Shown: in pieces, positions 28,901 to 36,224 of the stretch
Layout: each line of letters starts with the position of its first letter
How positions within the stretch are numbered: position 1 is the stretch's first letter
Source: Patescibacteria group bacterium UBA924
GTDB lineage: Bacteria > Patescibacteriota > Microgenomatia > UBA1400 > PJMF01
Direction of reading: 5' to 3'
Length of the DNA stretch: 64,000 nt
Assembly: GCA_002293725.1 (NCBI GenBank)
Contig: DBDU01000023.1
Location: 2,700 to 66,699, forward strand
The notes under the pieces: model-generated
Seen by the model: the letters and a program-made list of their open reading frames with translations, nothing else
Database searches by the model: none
Told to the model about the DNA's origin: nothing
Translations under genes and position numbers: made by a program

Positions 28901-29195
28901 GTATGCCGAACTTTCTGCTCAGCCGAAGTATGAGATTCCGGAAAATCTTGACCAACTACCAGCATGGATGGATGAACACTTCCCGGTTGAAAGGAAAAAA
29001 CCTCTCCAACGATTGATGAGTTCTCTGGCTCAGTTTGCCTTTTTGGGACTTCAAATGGAAGCACAAAGTCGTGGTCTCCCCTTACCGCCGATTGAAGAAA
29101 CGAACACACACGCTGAAGATCTTGTACTCACCCAACTACGTTCACTGGCCGAGAAGGTCCGTCGAGTTCAGGTTAAATACGAAGGAAAGCTATAA
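25914..29195 (+). CDS. Highly divergent SecA-like DEAD-motor ATPase (SecA/SecA2-like architecture: NBD1, insert, NBD2, helical C-terminal region).
   Basis: PTEVQRILMAPGEGKTFTIALAALWKARHGEMVTIHTD matches [50 protein letters not shown] of E. coli SecA. Walker B DAVISDEGD matches ALVDEVDS. NBD2 has QMTSRGLDFG (TNMAGRGTDI) and QMKGRLGNKRPSGEVVIFTSLDD ([23 protein letters not shown]). 1093 aa. Confidence 0.75.
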   Translation: MVQQLESSPVRPLERVVPSSQEKESSQLDIEIEQCQEQFVQSVEWYQQVLAGKKLQETVPQLTSDLLKNEAGNPPLEVATEFFALVSTVESIYTGRHRPNWEQAEAALHIIFPYSPTEVQRILMAPGEGKTFTIALAALWKARHGEMVTIHTDKKANVEQSYQTTRHLYDLFEVTSDTVRTTEDLGPEYVAYLNSELTQVRYGVWSQFIHEYLLRQETIFQGEAALRGDLRAQREGKVRVGNRQLLDQQLAHQRKYLKPDAVISDEGDVSVDLETSPVILSEPNGEGFTPVEQAELELAWQMFEHQDPAALQRMAEATGFDLADVRAGYEVTLEVTVEGMEADQVTYAVNKNRVIFAPEKIFFASVFEMSATPKDVATLFRLVQLQYQEGSRSALPFPAESMQKIVELALAAGEGLDARFDWQEVAEVLPPLQRQDLRHFFRLSHPLFDYRRTLMEHPRIQALISTDGELSPANWQMLEAELGDSFEMLKQRVTFSRLMDVVQEVCDPIFTRHNHDVMEVRDMLKEGNDYKLTEQDGESTVVVLGQDRQPQVGRQFQGNTQAFIHLKHGLSLPATEKTVGQIMPITWYHQRVRNGTEVTSISGTQEDPDFVVETTGTSKVRELQTRVLENQAQKLRAIMEYVKGRADVPILLCAQDRTEWEELKNGLAELSNRELILLDADHAEDSYTLVPQLARGKILLLQMTSRGLDFGHMIGEGEHSFQDGVIVGAAPLLDVHQSAQMKGRLGNKRPSGEVVIFTSLDDEVAQQYYNIASGLSEKRHKQMENLELDYDEVLSLDRYKLMGLGWPETFAEAMTQLDSWQEAAARAAEDGEQLSMPTWMQVLVNDPGISAEMRPTANALRFRFRSLLKKYQALREGHAYVIERQQHNNLVQTYLDRREQMSTDVVVQALWKAIMTPTTETKLGKAVLPLTYEERKGIVEAIFEDANILYSLSVTKVKADQQESPQHREMRRMAQFMQDMEERILDWIEMADLERQYAELSAQPKYEIPENLDQLPAWMDEHFPVERKKPLQRLMSSLAQFAFLGLQMEAQSRGLPLPPIEETNTHAEDLVLTQLRSLAEKVRRVQVKYEGKL

Positions 29196-29263
29196 CTTTG
29201 CTGAGACTATTCTGAGATGTACTGTTCAGGATTGATCTTGCAAGATATAATCCCCTTTTTAAG

Positions 29264-29857
29264 ATGAGATTCTTCTTTAGTGCGTCGGTCCACGGCAAAC
29301 GTCTTTTTGAGCCTAACTACAAGTTAATTGCTCAAGAAGTCAAGCGGCTGGGACACGAAATTGACGCTACTACCGTGCTCAATCAGGATCCAAAAGAAAT
29401 GGATACTTGGAACGAGCAGACTTCCTTAGATTTTCATAAAAAAGTGATGAACGGCATGAAGAAAGCCGACGGTTTGTTAATTGAAGCATCACACGCGAGC
29501 ATTGGTGTGGGCTTCAACTTGGCGTCTGCTGTCCAGCTAGGTAAGCCCGTGATCATTTTTTTTTCCGGCAAAGAAGAGCCACACTTGTTTCGCACTTTAG
29601 AGAAAATTAATGACAAGTTTCAAGTTGTACGTTACACCACCATCGAACAGCTCCGCAAAGAAATTCCGCCGGCCTTGGCATTTGCAACTGAAAACCAAGA
29701 TACTCGTTTCAACTTTTTTATCTCCCCCGAACACGCCAAGTACCTGGACTGGATTGCCCAGACCTACAAGATGTCCCGGTCAGTCTATTTGCGTCGTTTG
29801 ATTAATAAAGAAATGGACAAAATGGCTGAAGAGTTCAGCATGAGTGACTTAATTTAA
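29264..29857 (+). CDS. Nucleoside 2-deoxyribosyltransferase-like (NDT/TIR-like Rossmann) domain fused to a C-terminal ribbon-helix-helix DNA-binding module (paralog 1).
   Basis: The N-terminal about 140 aa resemble the NDT-fold (short N-terminal strand, hydrophobic core, GKPVIIFF). C-terminal TRFNFFISPEHAKYLDWIAQTYKMSRSVYLRRLINKEM matches a CopG/Arc-type RHH (beta-strand then two helices, RSxxIRxLI). Confidence 0.55.
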   Translation: MRFFFSASVHGKRLFEPNYKLIAQEVKRLGHEIDATTVLNQDPKEMDTWNEQTSLDFHKKVMNGMKKADGLLIEASHASIGVGFNLASAVQLGKPVIIFFSGKEEPHLFRTLEKINDKFQVVRYTTIEQLRKEIPPALAFATENQDTRFNFFISPEHAKYLDWIAQTYKMSRSVYLRRLINKEMDKMAEEFSMSDLI

Positions 29858-29863
29858 GGTTCT

Positions 29864-30436
29864 ATGCTTATCTATTTTTGCGCTACCACTTCCCAATCTC
29901 AGACTTACCAACAGAGTTATCTAGAAATTATTCAAACGATTGAAAAGCTTGGTCATAAAGTTGTCTACGAACCAACCGAAGAAAATACGCGTCAGCAACA
30001 ACAGACGATGAGTCCTACAGAGCGGCAAGCGTACTATCGCAAGTTTCTCCAACATATCAATAAATGTGACATGGTTATTGCGGAAGTTTCTTATCCGTCT
30101 TCGATTAACATTGGCTATCGCATCTCAATTGCTTTAGAGAAAAACAAACCGGTCTTGGCTCTGCATGCTAAAGACAAAGCCTCTCCCTTTTTAGATGGAA
30201 ATATCTCTGATCGTTTTCTGTACGAAGAGTACTCTCCTTCTACTTTGAAAAAGACGATTGAGCGAGCGCTGAACTTTGCCGAACAACACACCGATGCGCG
30301 TTTTAACTTTTTTATCTCACCTCGTCACATCAACTTCCTGGACTTTATCTCGCGTAAACGGAAGATTCCAAAGTCCGTTTACCTACGAGAACTGATTGAG
30401 CGCGATAAGTTGGCAAATCACGATTACAACGAGTAA
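29864..30436 (+). CDS. NDT-like domain plus C-terminal RHH module (paralog 2).
   Basis: Starts 7 nt after paralog 1. Conserved C-terminal ARFNFFISPRHINFLDFI...KSVYLRELIERD. Same domain order. Confidence 0.55.
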   Translation: MLIYFCATTSQSQTYQQSYLEIIQTIEKLGHKVVYEPTEENTRQQQQTMSPTERQAYYRKFLQHINKCDMVIAEVSYPSSINIGYRISIALEKNKPVLALHAKDKASPFLDGNISDRFLYEEYSPSTLKKTIERALNFAEQHTDARFNFFISPRHINFLDFISRKRKIPKSVYLRELIERDKLANHDYNE

Positions 30437-30490
30437 TTGCATTTCCTCACAACTTTCTTCTATACTGTGTGCATCTACCTCTGAGTACTT

Positions 30491-31303
30491 GTGTCTTCGG
30501 AGGACACAGCAATGCAACTCATGCAACATACTCGTTCACAGTCTGGTCAAGTCGGCATCATTATTATCTTGATTATGGTGGTGTTGCTGACCTTCGGTCT
30601 CTCAATTGCGTCACGCTCTACTCGGGAAGTTGCGCTGTCTCAACAAGAAGAAGAGTCCAACCGTGTCTTTAACGCCGCTGAAGCCGGTGTTGAGCGTGCT
30701 TTAGCAACTGACCTGGACTTTGAAGGTGAGGAGTTTGATTCAGAAGGGACGATTATTCCTGGAACGGACTCCAGTTTAGACTACAACATCCGTAAAAATC
30801 GTATTCTTGAAACGCGCTTAATTGAAGGTACGACTGCCATGGTGCAGATGCAAGATATTGATAACGCGCTACCGACAAATGTCTACATCGATTGGTCTCG
30901 AGAAACAGACTGTGGGACAGGTAAAGGACCAGCCAGCTTGATCGTCTCAATTTACAACACCGCAGTGAGTACTGGCTCAGCCGTTCGTCACTATGCCTAT
31001 GCAGCCTGTGATCGCAATGATGATATTGCTGTGGGCGGAAATGGGTCTAATGGTTACTTTAAAAGAGCAACTATCGCCACTACGCCAGGTGATGAGTTTA
31101 TGCGAGTCAAGACGGTCTACAATGACACCTTCTTGCGGGTAAGTGCATCAAGTACTTTACCCACGCAAGCGTATGATATTCGCTCCGAAGCAACCAGTAA
31201 CTTGGGAAATGAGGCCCGTACCGTTGAAGTGAAACGCACACTCTCTGTCGCTCCATCAGTGATGGACTTTGCACTCTTCAGTGGTACCTCATTAACGAAG
31301 TAA
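30491..31303 (+). CDS. PilX-like type IV pilus assembly protein (PilX_N domain).
   Basis: N-terminal TM segment (VGIIIILIMVVLLTFGLSIA) followed by REVALSQQEEESNRVFNAAEAGVERAL (the PilX_N AFyaAEAG motif). Likely start at Met8 (30512). Confidence 0.6.
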   Translation: MSSEDTAMQLMQHTRSQSGQVGIIIILIMVVLLTFGLSIASRSTREVALSQQEEESNRVFNAAEAGVERALATDLDFEGEEFDSEGTIIPGTDSSLDYNIRKNRILETRLIEGTTAMVQMQDIDNALPTNVYIDWSRETDCGTGKGPASLIVSIYNTAVSTGSAVRHYAYAACDRNDDIAVGGNGSNGYFKRATIATTPGDEFMRVKTVYNDTFLRVSASSTLPTQAYDIRSEATSNLGNEARTVEVKRTLSVAPSVMDFALFSGTSLTK

Positions 31304-31327
31304 TCGGCACACGTAACAGAAAAGGAC

Positions 31328-32347
31328 TTGCCCATGCCAACATCTGTCAGTATCGACGTCGGCTCATACACAATTAAAGCCATTCAAGCTAAAAAGCTCA
31401 AACCGTTAACAATCGATCGGACTGTTGAGGTCTTTAATCCGGTGGGAACCGCTATGCCAACGGATGACGTGGCAGTAGAAAAGCTCTCCAAAGTCATCGA
31501 CACCATGTTTACCGACCACAGCTTGGGTCGTACTGATGTCCGTCTCTCTCTTCCAGAGCACGTTGTCTCTACCAAAATCATCTCGATTCCGGTCTTGAAC
31601 GACGCCGAGTTGGCTTCGGCCATTAACTGGCAAGCTGAACAGCACATTCCTATCCCATTGGATGAGCTATCGTTGGAATACCAAGTTTTGAATCGGCCCC
31701 AAAATCGTAATGATAAAAATGCTCAAATGCGGGTGCTGTTAGTAGGCGTGCGCAAGCAAGTTATTGATAAGTACTTAGATGTGTTTTTGCGCATTGGTAT
31801 CGAGCCTTCTCTCTTAGAGACGAACGTCTTATCAGTCTTTAGGGCTATGCAGCCCAAACAAGATGATCCTACTACCTTAGTGGTTCATATGGGTGCGGCC
31901 ACCACGGACATGTTTGTCGTTCACGAAGGTGAGCTTCGCTTTGTCTATACGTATGGCAGTGGTGGACAAGTTTTAAGTCGAACAATTGAGCAAGCCATTC
32001 AACTCGACTCAAAGCAAGCCGAACAGTACAAACGGACCTACGGTATTGATCCTAATCAATTGGGCGGCAAGATTCGCGAAGTACTGCTGCCGATCCTGCG
32101 TTTAACTACTCTGGAAATGCAGAAAACCATGCAGTTCTTTGTCACTTTAGCTCCTGGTGAGACAGTTAAACGGGTACTTCTCTCTGGTGGTGCTTCTCAA
32201 CTTCCTGGCTACGTACAGTACGTGACTGAGCAGCTTGGCGTCGAAGTGCTGATGTCCTCTCCATTCAATGCAGTCAGTGGCGAGATTCCTGCGAATAACC
32301 AAGCTGCCTTCTCTGTCTGTACTGGACTGTTGATGAGAGAGTTATGA
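31328..32347 (+). CDS. pilM: Type IV pilus assembly protein PilM (actin-like ATPase fold).
   Basis: SIDVGSYTIKAI N-terminus and actin/FtsA-like fold. 339 aa. Its stop overlaps the pilN start. Confidence 0.85.
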   Translation: MPMPTSVSIDVGSYTIKAIQAKKLKPLTIDRTVEVFNPVGTAMPTDDVAVEKLSKVIDTMFTDHSLGRTDVRLSLPEHVVSTKIISIPVLNDAELASAINWQAEQHIPIPLDELSLEYQVLNRPQNRNDKNAQMRVLLVGVRKQVIDKYLDVFLRIGIEPSLLETNVLSVFRAMQPKQDDPTTLVVHMGAATTDMFVVHEGELRFVYTYGSGGQVLSRTIEQAIQLDSKQAEQYKRTYGIDPNQLGGKIREVLLPILRLTTLEMQKTMQFFVTLAPGETVKRVLLSGGASQLPGYVQYVTEQLGVEVLMSSPFNAVSGEIPANNQAAFSVCTGLLMREL

Positions 32348-33108
32348 GCCGACAAATTAACTTTCTAGCTGAACGGCGCAAAAGCCTGACTAAGGTTGAG
32401 GTTCAAGATCGAAAAATAATTCGAATCGCCTCGATCATTTTTGGTTCAGTTTTTGCGGTCTTTCTGATTGTCTTTGGTATTCGTTTTTACTTTGACCGTC
32501 AGCTGTTCCAGGTGCGTGAAGCACAACGAGTTGCTCGTGCTCAAATTTTGAATGATCAGTCCATTGAGCGTTCCTTTGTCATTTTTGTCTACAAGTTAAC
32601 CGCCTTGGCAAACTTGACTCAAGATAAGCAAGAAAAAAACGAAGCTTTGAACTTCTTTAGCAATCTGTTTGGACCCGACGTGTTTGTCACCCAAATGACT
32701 TTCTTAGAGAAAGAAAAAATCCTCTCGCTGAAGATTCAGTCAGATAGCGTCTTTAGCTTGCGGGAGATCTTTTCGCTGATGAATACCGAGCCGGTCCGGG
32801 AGCAGTTTGTCTCTGTGAATCCGAGTGACTTAACTCGTACTCCCCAAGGTAACTACGAGATGGTGATTACGGCGGTCGTAAAAGCCAAGCCAATTGGCGA
32901 GTCTGGTATGCCAGCGGCGCCAGCTGTTCCAAACCTCGATACATCAGATACTTTTGAGGAAAACACGCAAACCTTTGAAGAAACACCCGTAGAGAGCGAG
33001 GCACCGGTAACAGAGACATCTCAAGGTGGTCAAGTCCAGACAACAAACTCTCAGGAGGGAGCGACGCCAGCGCAGCTCGCTTCACCAGTACCACCGCCAC
33101 AACCATAA
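32344..33108 (+). CDS. pilN: PilN-like bitopic pilus assembly protein.
   Basis: QINFLAER (the PilN INLLP motif), one TM segment and a periplasmic-type domain. Unusual acidic/Pro-rich C-terminal tail. Confidence 0.7.
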   Translation: MSRQINFLAERRKSLTKVEVQDRKIIRIASIIFGSVFAVFLIVFGIRFYFDRQLFQVREAQRVARAQILNDQSIERSFVIFVYKLTALANLTQDKQEKNEALNFFSNLFGPDVFVTQMTFLEKEKILSLKIQSDSVFSLREIFSLMNTEPVREQFVSVNPSDLTRTPQGNYEMVITAVVKAKPIGESGMPAAPAVPNLDTSDTFEENTQTFEETPVESEAPVTETSQGGQVQTTNSQEGATPAQLASPVPPPQP

Positions 33109-33112
33109 AACT

Positions 33113-33970
33113 ATGAACTTAAATACCGATATCATTGCCCAGCTCAAACAACTCAACTACCGACGGTTGATCTACGTTCGACGGTACTTGATCATCTCCG
33201 TGGTCATGATCATTGTCGCCGTCTGTATTGCCTTATTTGCCATCCTACCCCAGGTAGAACAGATACTATCTACCCGCGGCATGATTAACACGGAAAACAC
33301 GACTTTACAGAACTTGCGTCGGAAGATTCAAGGTTTAGCTCAAGTAAATGACTTAGAAGAGTACGCCAATCGTGACAAAGTTGACCAGGCGCTACCCTTT
33401 CAGAAACCTTTATTACCAGTTTTGGAAACAGCTCGCCGAGTCTCACTCCAGACAAACGCCCGGATTATCAATATTGAGACTACACCCGGACGTTTGGCGA
33501 GTATTAGCGCTCAGCAAGCGGCTACCGCACAGGGTGTCAATGCCTCTGGTGCCGCCCAAGCAGTTTCCACTCAAGTAACAGCCCAGCGCTATGACCTTCC
33601 GGTCGATACCGTTCACGGCGTGGATAAGATGGACATTGAAGTCACCATTCAAGGTACACTCCAGCAGATCAGTAACTACATCAGCGGAATTGAGTCTTCT
33701 ACCCCAATTACCAGCGTGACAGAGATTCGACTCAGTGATTTAGCTCGACCAGTGAATGCTCCCCCAGAGTTTACCGCCAACCTCCGTCTGTCTTCGTACT
33801 ACTTTACGCGGGCTATTGAAGTTGCCATTGATGCACCTCTTCCTGAGACTGGAGCTCGAGAACGCGCTTTCCTGCAACAACTTGAAAACTACACTATCGG
33901 TGCAACCAATGCACAGAGCGCGACCGTTGAAGGTGGTGGCCAGGTGGATCTATTTGGGATTCCGAGGTAG
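33113..33970 (+). CDS. PilO-like pilus assembly protein.
   Basis: Start at MNLNTD (33113) directly after pilN. One TM segment, a coiled-coil and a C-terminal domain. The ORF-track N-terminal extension from 33026 overlaps pilN and is unlikely. Confidence 0.55.
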   Translation: MNLNTDIIAQLKQLNYRRLIYVRRYLIISVVMIIVAVCIALFAILPQVEQILSTRGMINTENTTLQNLRRKIQGLAQVNDLEEYANRDKVDQALPFQKPLLPVLETARRVSLQTNARIINIETTPGRLASISAQQAATAQGVNASGAAQAVSTQVTAQRYDLPVDTVHGVDKMDIEVTIQGTLQQISNYISGIESSTPITSVTEIRLSDLARPVNAPPEFTANLRLSSYYFTRAIEVAIDAPLPETGARERAFLQQLENYTIGATNAQSATVEGGGQVDLFGIPR

Positions 33971-33971
33971 G

Positions 33972-33999
33972 TCACCAAAAACCCCGCCTTGCGGCGGGG
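33972..33999 (-). terminator. Intrinsic terminator for the KH-protein gene on the minus strand. It also ends the plus-strand pilMNO operon.
   Basis: Stem CCCCGCC/GGCGGGG with a TTGC loop. The minus strand reads hairpin then TTTTTGGTG. Confidence 0.7.
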
Positions 34000-34040
34000 T
34001 CTCACTTCGTTTTAAGTCATGCGCTCTTCGCGCTTCCCTC

Positions 34041-34280
34041 TTACTCTCCATCCTCAGCTAACGTCACATGAGCGCGGATCTGTTCTTTGACAGCGCGGAC
34101 TTTCGCTAAGTTGCGGATGGACTGGATAACGCGACCGTTTTTGCCGATCACGCGACCCATATCTTCAGGATGCACGTGCAAGACGTAGGTCATGCCTTCG
34201 GCATCTTCCACTTCTTCGACGCGAACGTCTTCTGGATGGTCAACTAAGTGATTGAGGATGAACTCAAGCAGATTTTTCAT
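34041..34280 (-). CDS. khpA: KH-domain RNA-binding protein (KhpA/YlqC-like).
   Basis: GRVIGKNGRVIQSIRNL GxxG KH motif. Conserved position downstream of rpsP. Confidence 0.75.
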   Translation of the reverse strand: MKNLLEFILNHLVDHPEDVRVEEVEDAEGMTYVLHVHPEDMGRVIGKNGRVIQSIRNLAKVRAVKEQIRAHVTLAEDGE

Positions 34281-34300
34281 CGAGAACCTCGTCAATAAAT

Positions 34301-34729
34301 TTAGGCAGTTTGGGTGGTTTCAGTTTCGGCAGCAGCATCAGCAGCTGGGGTTTCGGCCACAGGAGCTTCTTCGGCTGGCTTCTCAGCTGCGGCTTTGGCG
34401 GCCTCAGCTTCTTGAGCTTTTGCTTCTGCCTCGGCAGCTGCCTTGGCTTTAGCTTTCTTGGATGGTTTGGCTTTTTTCTCTGGGAATGGATTACCGGACT
34501 CAAGGCGAGCAATTAAAGCAGCGACGGTCTCTGTTGGCTGAGCACCTTTGCGTTTCCAGTCTGCTAACTTAATCATGTCAATCTCGAGAACTTTTGGAGT
34601 CATTGTGGGAGCGTAGTGACCGATTGCGTCGACGTAGGCGCCATCGCGTTTGTCTCTAGCTTCATTAATCACAATACGATAATGGGGTTGTTTCTTTTTA
34701 CCGAATCGAGCGAGTTTGATTTTTAGCAT
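34301..34729 (-). CDS. rpsP: 30S ribosomal protein S16 with an Ala/Lys/Glu-rich C-terminal extension.
   Basis: MLKIKLARFGKKKQPHYRIVINEARDKRDG...WKRKGAQPT. The ORF-track start at 34846 would run into the methyltransferase gene. The start at 34729 is preferred. Confidence 0.9.
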   Translation of the reverse strand: MLKIKLARFGKKKQPHYRIVINEARDKRDGAYVDAIGHYAPTMTPKVLEIDMIKLADWKRKGAQPTETVAALIARLESGNPFPEKKAKPSKKAKAKAAAEAEAKAQEAEAAKAAAEKPAEEAPVAETPAADAAAETETTQTA

Positions 34730-34760
34730 GGGCGGATTATACCGCTGAATCTCAACTTTC

Positions 34761-35528
34761 TCAAGTGTTACTCGAGTGTTTGGCTGGTTTTTGGGCAACG
34801 ACCTGGAGATCACTAAACCCAAATAGCCTTCCGGACAGTTGATCAAGCCAGTGAAAGGCTGGAATCAAGGGGCCGCGGATAAAACGAATCAGCACACCAA
34901 GCTTAGTGGTGAACAACAAATTGCGCAGCGGTCCTTCAACTTGATGGATACTGATAACTTGGAATCCGGCAGAGGTCAACATATGGCGAATCGTATCCGG
35001 TGTGTAACGACGAAGATGACCCACTTCTTGATCAAAACGCGTATAAAAACCAACTTTATACAACACATTATTCAAGGAAGGTGTTGTTAAGAGTAGGGTT
35101 CCACCCGGCTGGAGGTGACTATAAAGCTGCCGGGCAAATGTCTGCTCATCTGGAATATGCTCGATCACCTCACAGCAGGTAATCAAGTTGTACTGTCCTT
35201 TTCCTTTTTGTAACTCGCCTAACTCAAAACGAAGTTGCGGGAAGCGTAATGCTTTTTGTGCTTCCTGAGCAATCTCAACTGCTCGAGAAGAGATATCAAT
35301 TCCTTTTACCGTTGCTCCTTTACTCGCCAAGAACAAACTGATCGTTCCCACTCCGCAACCAACATCAAGGATTTTGAGAGTTGAGAAACCTTGTGGGAAA
35401 GCGCTGTGCAGTCGTTTGAGGATGTACCAGTAGGTAAAGTTCGGTTCTTTGATAACACTAAAAAAGCGTTGGTTCTTCTGGTGATATCGATTATAGAAAG
35501 TGGTTACCGTGGCGCGGGACTTAGCCAT
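34761..35528 (-). CDS. Class I SAM-dependent methyltransferase.
   Basis: Motif I ILDVGCGVGTISLF and motif II/post-I acidic residue. 255 aa. Confidence 0.8.
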   Translation of the reverse strand: MAKSRATVTTFYNRYHQKNQRFFSVIKEPNFTYWYILKRLHSAFPQGFSTLKILDVGCGVGTISLFLASKGATVKGIDISSRAVEIAQEAQKALRFPQLRFELGELQKGKGQYNLITCCEVIEHIPDEQTFARQLYSHLQPGGTLLLTTPSLNNVLYKVGFYTRFDQEVGHLRRYTPDTIRHMLTSAGFQVISIHQVEGPLRNLLFTTKLGVLIRFIRGPLIPAFHWLDQLSGRLFGFSDLQVVAQKPAKHSSNT

Positions 35529-35531
35529 GGT

Positions 35532-36218
35532 TTATTTTTTTCTGAGTAAGCTCTCGAGCAGTGCTTCATCTTCCAGTACGGCTTGTGCAGCGGCTTCTTG
35601 AGCTAACTGCTTACTCTTGCCGATTCCGGTAGCAGCATCTTGGCCGTTAATTACTGCTTTGACTGTGAACTGACGATCGTGGTCAGGTCCACTCTCCCCA
35701 ACGACCACGTAGTCGGGAGCGGTAATACCTTTGGCTTGCAGAACTTCTTGGAGTTGGCTCTTTGAGTGCTTGTAGAGTCGTTTTTTAAGGATGTTGTCCA
35801 TCATTGGGAACAGTAGCTCATTGAGTAACTCGCGAACGGCTTCAATGCCTTGGTCGAGGTACAACGCACCGAGCAAGGCTTCAAAAGCATTGGCCAGCAG
35901 GCCAGTATTTTGACGACCTTTGGAGCTCTCTTCCCCTTTACTCATGTACAGCTTCTCACCGAGTTGTAGTTTCTGGGCCACTTCGGCTAAAGTAGTTGTC
36001 TTGACTAGGGCACTTCGGTAGACCGTTAACATTCCTTCTTGCTCAGTCGGAAAACGCTCGTACAAAAAGTCGGTAGCAACGAGCTCTAAGACGGCATCGC
36101 CCAAAAACTCTAACCGTTCGTTTGACTCGGTAGAAGTAGAGATATGCTCATTCAGCGCACTGCGGTGTGTGAGGGCGGTAGTTAATAAATCTGGATTCTT
36201 AAAGGTTGGAAAAGTCAT
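35532..36218 (-). CDS. rnc: Ribonuclease III.
   Basis: Signature ERLEFLGDAVL and a C-terminal dsRBD. 228 aa. Confidence 0.9.
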   Translation of the reverse strand: MTFPTFKNPDLLTTALTHRSALNEHISTSTESNERLEFLGDAVLELVATDFLYERFPTEQEGMLTVYRSALVKTTTLAEVAQKLQLGEKLYMSKGEESSKGRQNTGLLANAFEALLGALYLDQGIEAVRELLNELLFPMMDNILKKRLYKHSKSQLQEVLQAKGITAPDYVVVGESGPDHDRQFTVKAVINGQDAATGIGKSKQLAQEAAAQAVLEDEALLESLLRKK

Positions 36219-36224
36219 ACGACT

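Noticed and set aside
34310-34516. Plus-strand ORF opposite the rpsP C-terminal extension.
   Set aside because: Shadow of the Ala/Lys/Glu-rich repeat. rpsP is the conserved frame.
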